Source of the DNA: Candidatus Eiseniibacteriota bacterium
GTDB lineage: Bacteria > Eisenbacteria > RBG-16-71-46 > CAVPCR01
Assembly (NCBI GenBank): GCA_963702435.1
Contig: CAVPCR010000001.1
Coordinates: forward strand, 1,480,435-1,544,434
Direction of reading: 5' to 3'
Length of the DNA stretch: 64,000 nucleotides
The translations under genes were made by a program, and so were the position numbers. Under the pieces are notes generated by a model. That model did no database searches. It was given only the letters and a program-made list of their open reading frames with translations, and was not told the origin of the DNA. Within the stretch, counting starts at the first letter, position 1. Every line of letters starts with the position of its first letter. Below are positions 18,741 through 26,771 of the stretch, piece after piece.

Positions 18741-19295
18741 GTGAGGGCGCTGTTGACTCTGACCGACGAGACGTTCGAAACCGCGTTCCACCGGCACTGG
18801 GCCCGCGTCGTCGCCGTTGTCCTCCGCCTGGTCGGCAACCGGGAGGATGCCGAGGAGATCGCCATCGACGTGTTCCTCAAGCTCCACCGGAATCCGCATC
18901 CGGACGGGGACGCGCCCGCGGGCTGGCTCTACCGCACGGCAACGCGCGCCGGGCTGAACGAGCTCCGTTCCCGTCGCCGGCGCGCTGAGTACGAACGCGC
19001 CGGCGGCCGCGGGGCGAGCGCCCTCGATCCCCCGGCCGATCCGGGGGGCGAAGTCGAGCGGGCGGAGACCAGGGCCCGCGTGCGCGCGGTGCTTGCGGGG
19101 ATGAAGGAACGCTCGGCCGAGATCCTGCTCTTGCGCCACTCGGGGCTCGCCTACGCGGAGATCGCCGCTGCGGTTGGCGTGGCGCCGGGGTCGGTGGGGA
19201 CGATGCTGGCGCGCGCCGAGCGCGAGTTCGAGGAGCACTACCGCCGCGGCGAGGCGGCGCCCGCGGGGGTCGCAGCGCCGCCCGAGGAGGATTGA
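18741..19295 (+). CDS. ECF sigma-70 factor
   Basis: EDAEEIAIDVFLKL, WLYR, GLAYAEIAAAVGVAPGSVGTMLARA. Confidence 0.9.
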   Translation: MRALLTLTDETFETAFHRHWARVVAVVLRLVGNREDAEEIAIDVFLKLHRNPHPDGDAPAGWLYRTATRAGLNELRSRRRRAEYERAGGRGASALDPPADPGGEVERAETRARVRAVLAGMKERSAEILLLRHSGLAYAEIAAAVGVAPGSVGTMLARAEREFEEHYRRGEAAPAGVAAPPEED

Positions 19296-19298
19296 GAA

Positions 19299-20438
19299 AT
19301 GACGATGCATCCGGATGAAGGAACCCTCAGGGCCCATCTCGATCGCGAGCTCGCGGCAGGCGCGGCCGCGGAGGTCGCCGCGCATCTCGCCGCGTGCACG
19401 GAGTGCGCCGGGCGGGCCAGCGCGATGAGCGGGCGCGCCGCGCGCGTGGCGGCGGAGCTCGAGGCGCTTTCGCCGGCGGCGGAAGCCGCCGCGGCGACCC
19501 CGCCGGCAGCAGCCCGCGAGCGCCTTTCGGCACTGGAGAGCAAGATCGCTCCGCTCCCGCGTCCCCCGCGGCGCCGGCGCGCGCTGTGGGCGGGGCTCGC
19601 GGCGGCTGCCGCGATCGTCGCCCTCTTCACCATCCCGCCGCTCCGCGCGATAGCTGTCGACTTCCTCGGCCTCTTCCGCGTCGAGCAGGTCGCCGTCGCC
19701 CCGGTAAACCCCGGCGACATGCCCGCGCGCCTCGGCTCCTCCGCCCAGCTCGGAGCGCTCCTCTCCGATCAGGTCCATGTCGAGTCGAGCGGCGAGCCTG
19801 CCTACATGGCCGATCCGGGCCAGGCCGCCGCGGCCGCCGGGTTCCACGTTCGCATGCCCTCGCTCCTCGCGTCTCCCGACGAGCTCGCGGTCCAGCCGGC
19901 GGGACAGGCCACGATCCGCGTCGATCTCGCGCGCGTGCGTGCCGTCCTCCGCGAGATCGATCGCGATGCAGCCGAGCTGCCGGCGGAGCTCGACGGCGCC
20001 GAGATCGGGATCGACTTCCCGAAGAGCGTGCGCGCCTGCTGGGGCGATTGCCCGCGGCCGGAGGAACACGGTACGGAGAACCCACCCGACCGCCAGGGCA
20101 TCCTCCTCGTCCAGCTCCCGAGCCCCGCGGTCGCGGCTCCAGCCGGCTTGCCCGTCGATCGCATCGGTGCGGCCTTCCTCGAGATCATGGGTATGCCGCG
20201 CGCGGAGGCGGTGCGCTTCAGCGAGAACGTGGACTGGGCGACGACGCTCGTGATCCCGATCCCGCGGTACTCGACCTCGTATCAGGAAGTGACCGTGGAC
20301 GGAGTCCGGGGGACTCTCATCCGGCACTCCGGGCGCCTCTCCTACATGCTCCTCTGGGTGAAGGACGGCGTCATCTACGCGCTCGCCGGATCGGGCGAGG
20401 CGGCGCGCGGGATCGAGATCGCCAGCTCGCTCCGGTAG
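19299..20438 (+). CDS. Zinc-finger transmembrane anti-sigma factor
   Basis: HLAACTEC (HxxxCxxC), one TM helix, extracytoplasmic domain. Confidence 0.85.
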   Translation: MTMHPDEGTLRAHLDRELAAGAAAEVAAHLAACTECAGRASAMSGRAARVAAELEALSPAAEAAAATPPAAARERLSALESKIAPLPRPPRRRRALWAGLAAAAAIVALFTIPPLRAIAVDFLGLFRVEQVAVAPVNPGDMPARLGSSAQLGALLSDQVHVESSGEPAYMADPGQAAAAAGFHVRMPSLLASPDELAVQPAGQATIRVDLARVRAVLREIDRDAAELPAELDGAEIGIDFPKSVRACWGDCPRPEEHGTENPPDRQGILLVQLPSPAVAAPAGLPVDRIGAAFLEIMGMPRAEAVRFSENVDWATTLVIPIPRYSTSYQEVTVDGVRGTLIRHSGRLSYMLLWVKDGVIYALAGSGEAARGIEIASSLR

Positions 20439-20498
20439 CTCGCGGCAGAGGCCACCGATGTCCACCCGCAAGACGCTTGCGACGAGCGCGACGAGCGC

Positions 20499-21431
20499 AT
20501 GAACGCCGCATCACTCGCCATCGAGACCGCGGGACTCCGCAAGGAGTACGGCGCGAAGGTGGCGGTCGCCGATCTCTCGCTCGCGGTCGCCCGCGGCGAG
20601 ATCTTCGGCTTTCTGGGGCCGAACGGCGCCGGGAAGACGACCGCGGTCAAGATGCTCCTCGGGCTCGCAGCGCCGACCGCGGGCACGGTGCGCCTCCTCG
20701 GCTCACCCGTCGGCGACCACCGCGTGCGCGCGCGCGTCGGCTTCCTGCCCGAGCATTTCCGCTTTCACGACTGGCTCACGGGCCGCGAGTTCCTGGCGCT
20801 CCATGCCGACCTCCATCGCATGCCGCGCGCCACCGCCGGCCGCCGCGCCGCAGAGCTGCTCGACCTGGTCGGCCTCGCGACGCACGCGGGGAAGCAGCTC
20901 CGCCACTACTCGAAGGGCATGCTGCAGCGGATCGGGCTCGCCCAGGCGCTCCTCAACGAGCCGGAGCTCGTGCTCCTCGACGAACCGACCTCCGGGCTCG
21001 ATCCCGGTGGCCGTATTCTCGTCCGCGACATCCTCCGCGATCTCCGCCGCCGCGGGACTACGGTGTTCCTCAACTCGCATCTCCTCGGCGAGGTCGAGGC
21101 GGTGTGCGATCGCGTCGCCTTCGTGCGCCGCGGCGAGGTCGTCAAGAGCGGCACCCTCGCGAGCCTCGCCGACGGGCGGCTGCACGTGGCGGTCCGCGCG
21201 CGGGGGCTCACGCCCGCGGTCATCGCCGGCCTCGCCCTCCTGGCGGGCGATGTGGCCGCCGACGGCGACGCGCTCACCTTCACGGTCGCAAGCGAGGAGG
21301 CGCTTCCCGCGATCCACCGCCATCTCGTCGGCGCGGGCGTCGAGGTGTTCGCCTTCGCACCGGAGCGCCCGTCGCTCGAGGAGCTCTTCGTCGCGATCGT
21401 CGGCGCGCGCGGCCATGGCGAGGAGCTCTGA
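20499..21431 (+). CDS. ABC transporter ATP-binding protein
   Basis: GPNGAGKTT, YSKGM, LLDEPTSGLD. Confidence 0.95.
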   Translation: MNAASLAIETAGLRKEYGAKVAVADLSLAVARGEIFGFLGPNGAGKTTAVKMLLGLAAPTAGTVRLLGSPVGDHRVRARVGFLPEHFRFHDWLTGREFLALHADLHRMPRATAGRRAAELLDLVGLATHAGKQLRHYSKGMLQRIGLAQALLNEPELVLLDEPTSGLDPGGRILVRDILRDLRRRGTTVFLNSHLLGEVEAVCDRVAFVRRGEVVKSGTLASLADGRLHVAVRARGLTPAVIAGLALLAGDVAADGDALTFTVASEEALPAIHRHLVGAGVEVFAFAPERPSLEELFVAIVGARGHGEEL

Positions 21432-22267
21432 TGCCGGCCACCCTCGTCATCGCCGGGCTCACCTTCCGCGAGGCGGCGCGGCGACGGATCCTCCTCGCCG
21501 CGCTCGTCCTCGGCCTCATCTTCCTCGCGGTCTACGGCTTCGGGTTCAACTTCGTCCAGCGCGAGGCGACCGATGGTGTCGCGCGGAGCCCGCTCGCCCG
21601 GAACGAGATCTGCAACTTCCTCGCGATGGCCGGGCTCTACGTCGTCAACTTCCTCCTCGTCATGATGACCGTGCTCACGTCGGTGGACACGGTGTCGGGC
21701 GAGATCGCAAGCGGCACCATGCAGGCCGTCGCCGCGAAGCCGCTCCGGCGCCGCGAGATCCTCCTCGGGAAATGGCTCGGCTTCGCCGGCATGATGACGC
21801 TCTACCTCGTCCTCATGGCCGGGGGCGTGATGGGCATCGTCTACGCGTTCGCGGGGTACACGGTTCCGCACGCGTTCCGCGGGCTCGCCCTCCTCTGGCT
21901 GAACGGGCTCCTCCTCCTCTCGCTCTCGCTCCTCGGCGGCGCGGTCTTCTCGACGCTCACGAACGGCGTTCTCGTCTTCGGCCTCTACGGGATCGCCTTC
22001 ATCGGCGGCTGGATCGAGCACGTGGGCTCGTTCATGCGGAATCAGACCGCGGTGAACGTGGGCGTCGTCGCGAGCCTCCTCTTCCCCGCCGAGGCCCTGT
22101 GGCGCCGCGCCGCGCACGAGATGCAGTCGCCCCTCGTCGCCGCACTCGGCTTCTCGCCGTTCACCTCCCCGTCGGTGCCGAGCCCGCTCCTCGTCGGGTA
22201 CGCCACGGCCTACGCCGCGGTGGCGCTCGCCCTCGCCGCGCGCGAGTTCGCGCGGCGGGATCTGTAG
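21431..22267 (+). CDS. ABC-2 type permease
   Basis: LTFREAARRR, GEIASGT, ILLGKWLG, about six TM helices. Confidence 0.88.
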   Translation: MPATLVIAGLTFREAARRRILLAALVLGLIFLAVYGFGFNFVQREATDGVARSPLARNEICNFLAMAGLYVVNFLLVMMTVLTSVDTVSGEIASGTMQAVAAKPLRRREILLGKWLGFAGMMTLYLVLMAGGVMGIVYAFAGYTVPHAFRGLALLWLNGLLLLSLSLLGGAVFSTLTNGVLVFGLYGIAFIGGWIEHVGSFMRNQTAVNVGVVASLLFPAEALWRRAAHEMQSPLVAALGFSPFTSPSVPSPLLVGYATAYAAVALALAAREFARRDL

Positions 22268-22288
22268 GGCGGGCTCGCCGCCCCGCCC

Positions 22289-24868
22289 TCACTCCGCCCT
22301 GAGGCTCGCCGCCGGATCGGCGCGCACCGCGGCGCGCGCCGGGAGCCAGGCCGCAAGCAGCGACGCCGCGGCCACGACGGCGAGCGCCTCGAAGAGGACG
22401 CGCGGCGAGAGCACCCACAGGATGGTCCAGCCGAAGAACTGGCGATTGATGACGAAGACGAGGAGGAGCGCGAGCCCGATCCCGGTCACGGCACCGACCA
22501 GGAGCGCGGCGAGGCCGATCAGCAGCGCCTCGAAGAGGACCATCCGCCTGACCTGCACCGCCGTCGCGCCGATCGCGCGCAGGATCCCGATCTCCGCCCG
22601 CCGCGCCGCCACGCTCACGGTCAACGTGAAGAAGACGCCGGTCATGGCGACGATGAGCGTGATGAGCTTGAGCGTCATGGTGATGGCGAAGGTCTGATCG
22701 AACTCGCGGAGCGCCGCGGTGCGGATGTCCCGGTTCGAGCGGACGATGAGCGCGTGCTCGCGGCCGGCCGTCGCGAGGATCTCATCGCGCATGGACTCGG
22801 TCGCCGCCGGATCGTCGAGATAGAGCGCGAGCGAGTTGACCTGATCGTCGCGGAAGAGACGCGCGTAATGCGGGAGATGGAAGAGCACGAGCCCGGCGTC
22901 GCTCGAGTAGTCGTAGAAGACGCCGGCGATCGGGAGGGCGGCGGGGCCGCCGGGAGTGACGAGGCGAAGCGTGTCGCCTTCCCCGAGCCCCTGGTGGCGC
23001 GCGAGCGGCTCGCTCACGATGACGCCGCCGTCCCGCACTGCCGCAGCGAGGACCGCGCGCGCGTTACCCTTCCGGAAGAGGAAGGTGGACTCGGCCGCGA
23101 TCACATCGAGGAGCACCGCGCCGCCACGGATGCCCCGGCCACCCACCGTGAGATCGAAGCTCCGCAGGCGGTCGACGGCGCGGAGGCCGGGGCGCCCCGC
23201 GATCGCCGCGATCACATCGGGCGGGAGCACGACGGCCTCGCCCGCCGCATGGCTCGCCGGCGTCACGTAGAGATCCGCGCGGATCGTCTGTTCGATCCAC
23301 AGGTCCACGGTACGACGGAAGCTCTCGATCATGATCGAGACGCCGACCACCATGGCGATCGCCGAGCTCAGGGCGGCAATCGTCACCGCGGCGCGCCGGA
23401 GCGCGGCACGCAGCTCGCGCGCCGCGAGACGGAGGCCGACGCTCGCCGGCACGAGGGGCGCCGCGAGCGCGATGAGCGCTGCCGCTGCCGCGGGCGCCGC
23501 GAGCGCGCCGGCGACCAGGATGAGGAGCGCCGCGACGAATCCGGTCCACGGATGGCGCGCGGCGAGCGGTGAGATGCAGATCGCGGCGGCGAGCGCCCCC
23601 GCGAGGAGCGCGAGCCCGAGGATCCGGAGCGGGCGGAACCAGCGCGGCGCCGGGTAGCGCCCCTCGGCGAGGACCTCCTGCGGCTCGAGGCGCGCGGCCT
23701 CGCGCGCCGGGGCGATGCCGGCGGCGACGACCGCCCCCACGCCGGCGAGCGCGGCCGCAACGAGCACGCGCGGCTCGACGAAGAGCTCGCGCACCGCGAC
23801 CTGCACGTAGAGCGCCGAGACGGTGCGCGCGATCGAGCCGAGCACGAGCCGCGCGAGGAGGACGCCGAGGCCGAGCCCGGCGGCGATCCCGATCGCGCCA
23901 AGGACTCCGGTCTCGAGGAGGACCAGCCGGCCGATGAGCCGGCGCGGCGCGCCGAGCGCGCGCAGGATCCCGATCTCGCGCCGCCGGCGCACGACCTCGG
24001 TCATCGCCGCGTTGTAGACGAGAAAGACGCCGACGAAGAGCGAGATCAAGCTGAGCGCGGTCAGGTTGAGACGGAAGGCGGCGAGCATGGTCTCGACCTG
24101 CGCGGTGCGCGCGCCGGGGCGGCGGACCGTGGCGTCGGGCGGGAGTGCGGAGCCGGCCACGCCGGCGGGACCCATGAGCCACGCCGCCGCCTGATCCGGA
24201 TCGTCCACAATGAGATCGATCCGATCGAGCCGGCCGAGCCGGCCGGTGACCTCCTGCGCGGTCGCGATGTCGAGGACGACAAGGCGCTCGGCCGTGCGCT
24301 CGAACTCGCCCGTGAAGCGGAGGAGGCCACGCACAACGAGCGTGTCCGGCTGCGACCGGGCAAGGATCACGAGCGAGTCGCCGGGGGCGACCCCGAGCTT
24401 CCGCGCGAACGCCGCCGGCAGGAGCGCCCCGCGAGAATCCGCGAGCCAGCGCAGGAACTCGCCCGGATCGCCGCCGGCGCCGCCGTCACCGCCTCCGACC
24501 TCGTAGCTCCGGAAAGGCGCATTCGAGAAGCTGTCGATGCCGAGGAGCTCGACCACCTCGCCCGGATGCTCCGGGAGGAGCGCGCTCCCGGTGACGACCG
24601 GCGTCGCCGCGGTGATCCCGGCCGCGCGTCGCACGCGTACGTAGAGCGAGTCAGGAAGACCGCCGCTGCCCGCGGCGATCTCGAGATTGGCGCGCCCCGC
24701 CACCGCGTCCACGGTAGCGGCGAACGTGCGGAGCACGGTGCGGTTCGCGACCTGGATCGCGACGAAGACGGCGACCCCGAGCGCGACGCCGAGGACGGCG
24801 AGGAGGAAGAGACCGGGCGCGCGCCGCGTGTGGCGCCAGCCGAGCCAGCCGAGGAGACGGCGGATCAT
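22289..24868 (-). CDS. FtsX/MacB-family ABC permease, two-repeat (AttFG-like)
   Basis: RRREIGILRALGA-type motif twice, VINRQFFGWTI. Confidence 0.9.
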   Translation of the reverse strand: MIRRLLGWLGWRHTRRAPGLFLLAVLGVALGVAVFVAIQVANRTVLRTFAATVDAVAGRANLEIAAGSGGLPDSLYVRVRRAAGITAATPVVTGSALLPEHPGEVVELLGIDSFSNAPFRSYEVGGGDGGAGGDPGEFLRWLADSRGALLPAAFARKLGVAPGDSLVILARSQPDTLVVRGLLRFTGEFERTAERLVVLDIATAQEVTGRLGRLDRIDLIVDDPDQAAAWLMGPAGVAGSALPPDATVRRPGARTAQVETMLAAFRLNLTALSLISLFVGVFLVYNAAMTEVVRRRREIGILRALGAPRRLIGRLVLLETGVLGAIGIAAGLGLGVLLARLVLGSIARTVSALYVQVAVRELFVEPRVLVAAALAGVGAVVAAGIAPAREAARLEPQEVLAEGRYPAPRWFRPLRILGLALLAGALAAAICISPLAARHPWTGFVAALLILVAGALAAPAAAAALIALAAPLVPASVGLRLAARELRAALRRAAVTIAALSSAIAMVVGVSIMIESFRRTVDLWIEQTIRADLYVTPASHAAGEAVVLPPDVIAAIAGRPGLRAVDRLRSFDLTVGGRGIRGGAVLLDVIAAESTFLFRKGNARAVLAAAVRDGGVIVSEPLARHQGLGEGDTLRLVTPGGPAALPIAGVFYDYSSDAGLVLFHLPHYARLFRDDQVNSLALYLDDPAATESMRDEILATAGREHALIVRSNRDIRTAALREFDQTFAITMTLKLITLIVAMTGVFFTLTVSVAARRAEIGILRAIGATAVQVRRMVLFEALLIGLAALLVGAVTGIGLALLLVFVINRQFFGWTILWVLSPRVLFEALAVVAAASLLAAWLPARAAVRADPAASLRAE

Positions 24869-25587
24869 GGGGGCGGGGCCGCGGACGCCGGCGAGACGCC
24901 CTCGATCCGGCCGTCGCGCATCGTGACGACGCGATCGGCCGCCCGCGCCAGCTCGGGCGCGTGCGTGGCGAGAACGATCGTGGTCCCGCGCGTCGCGGGC
25001 AGGGCGCGGAGGAGCCGCACGATCTCGGCGCCGGTCGCCGAGTCGAGGTTCCCGGTTGGCTCATCGGCCAGGAGCAACGGGGCGTCGTTCACGAGCGCGC
25101 GCGCGATGGCGCCGCGCTGCCGCTCGCCTCCCGAAAGCGCGGTCGCCCGCCGCCCGGCCAGACCGGCGAGCCCGACCGCCGCGAGGAGCTCCTCGGCGCG
25201 CCGCCGCGCCTCGCCGGCGCCCACCCCGGCGAGGAGCGCCGGCAGCATGACATTCTCGCGAAGATCGAGCGTCGGCAGCAGATTGAAGAACTGGAAGACG
25301 AAGCCGACCTCGCGCCGGCGGATCGCGGTGCGCGCCTCGTCGTCGAGGCGGGCCACGTCGCGGCCGCCGAGCCACACCTCGCCGGCGCGCGGGCGATCCA
25401 TGGCGCCCATGACGTGGAGGAGGGTGCTCTTCCCGCTCCCGCTCTGGCCGACGAGGGCGACGAATTCGCCTGCCCCGACGGTGAGCGAGACGCCGCGGAG
25501 CGCCTCCACCTCGCCGCCCTCGTCGCCGTAGACATGGCGCACGTCGCGGAGGACGAGGAGATCGCGGCGCGCCTCGGCATCAGTCAT
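24865..25587 (-). CDS. LolD/MacB-type ABC ATPase
   Basis: GQSGSGKST, FVFQFFNL, LSGGERQR, LADEPTGNLD. Confidence 0.95.
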   Translation of the reverse strand: MTDAEARRDLLVLRDVRHVYGDEGGEVEALRGVSLTVGAGEFVALVGQSGSGKSTLLHVMGAMDRPRAGEVWLGGRDVARLDDEARTAIRRREVGFVFQFFNLLPTLDLRENVMLPALLAGVGAGEARRRAEELLAAVGLAGLAGRRATALSGGERQRGAIARALVNDAPLLLADEPTGNLDSATGAEIVRLLRALPATRGTTIVLATHAPELARAADRVVTMRDGRIEGVSPASAAPPP

Positions 25588-25680
25588 GGCAAGCATAGCG
25601 GGGATCGTATCACCACCGCGATCCGGCGCTTGGCTTGCTATGCTCCCTCATTCGCTCGCACCGGGAGGAGGATCGCTCGC

Positions 25681-26226
25681 ATGACCATCGCCAGCTTCGA
25701 AGGCAAGACACCCGCGATCGGCGCGGGCACCTACATCCATCCCTCGGCCGACGTCTTCGGCGACGTCGTGATCGGCCGCGGCGCCTGGATCGGCCCCGGC
25801 GCCCGCATCCGCGGCGACTACGGCGCCATCCGCATCGGCGACGCGACGAGCGTCGAGGACAACTGCGTGATCCACGCGCGTCCCGGCGAGACGTGCACGA
25901 TCGGGAGCTGGGTCACGATCGGCCACGGCGCCATCATCCACAACGCGCTCCGCATCGACGATTACGCTGTGATCGGCATGGGCGCCGTGGTGAGCGACTG
26001 GACCGTCCTCGGCACGTGGGCCGTGGTGGGCGAGGGCGCGGTCGTCCGGCAGCGCCAGGAGATCCCCGCCGGACACATCGCGGTCGGCGTCCCGGCGCGC
26101 CTCCTCGAGAAGACCGTGGACGAGGCCTACAAGGCCGACTGGCTCCGCTTCAAGGAGATGTACGCCGATCTCGCGCGCCGCTACCCGGGCGGCTGGCAAC
26201 CGATCGCCGCGGGCGCGACGGTCTGA
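25681..26226 (+). CDS. Gamma carbonic anhydrase-like hexapeptide-repeat protein
   Basis: IRGDYGAIRIG, EDNCVIH, TIGHGAIIH. Confidence 0.9.
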   Translation: MTIASFEGKTPAIGAGTYIHPSADVFGDVVIGRGAWIGPGARIRGDYGAIRIGDATSVEDNCVIHARPGETCTIGSWVTIGHGAIIHNALRIDDYAVIGMGAVVSDWTVLGTWAVVGEGAVVRQRQEIPAGHIAVGVPARLLEKTVDEAYKADWLRFKEMYADLARRYPGGWQPIAAGATV

Positions 26227-26334
26227 CCGGTGTCGCATCCCCTTTCGCGAGCCGGCACCAGGTGGTAGCTTCATCGCCTGTTCCGGCTCCCGTTGACACC
26301 TGTTCGCCAACGACCGCCTCATAGCGAGGACTGC

Positions 26335-26718
26335 ATGATCGACCCCATCTCTCTTCACCTGCCGGCGTCCCGGATGCTGATCATGGCCGCCCTCGTCGGC
26401 GCGCTCCTCTTCGGCTGCGCACCCCACAGCCAGGAGTCGCTCGATCTCTCGGGACCGGCCGCGGCCAAGGTGGACCCCGAGCTCAAGCGCACCGCGTCAC
26501 AGCTCCTCGCCGCGGGGCACGGCGACTCGCTCGTCACCGTGCTCGTACGGGTGAAGGGCGAGGGCACCGAGACGGCGCTCGCGAAGAAGGGCATGCAGGT
26601 GGACACGGTGATCGGGGACGTCGCGACCGGCCGGGTGGCGCCGAGCGCTCTCGCCGAGCTGGCGGCGCTCGACGAGGTGATCATGATCGAGCCCGCCCGC
26701 CAGCTCGAGATCAAGTGA
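26335..26718 (+). CDS. Small lipoprotein resembling an S8 propeptide domain
   Basis: Lipobox LLFGC; C-half aligns with the prodomain of the downstream protease. Confidence 0.7.
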   Translation: MIDPISLHLPASRMLIMAALVGALLFGCAPHSQESLDLSGPAAAKVDPELKRTASQLLAAGHGDSLVTVLVRVKGEGTETALAKKGMQVDTVIGDVATGRVAPSALAELAALDEVIMIEPARQLEIK

Positions 26719-26771
26719 CATGGACGGGTGACATGACAAGTGATATGGACGCACTGCGAGGACGACACGCG

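Noticed and set aside
17358..20471. 1037-aa minus-strand ORF
   Set aside because: Composite of the antisense shadow of the ECF operon and part of the frameshifted beta-helix gene.
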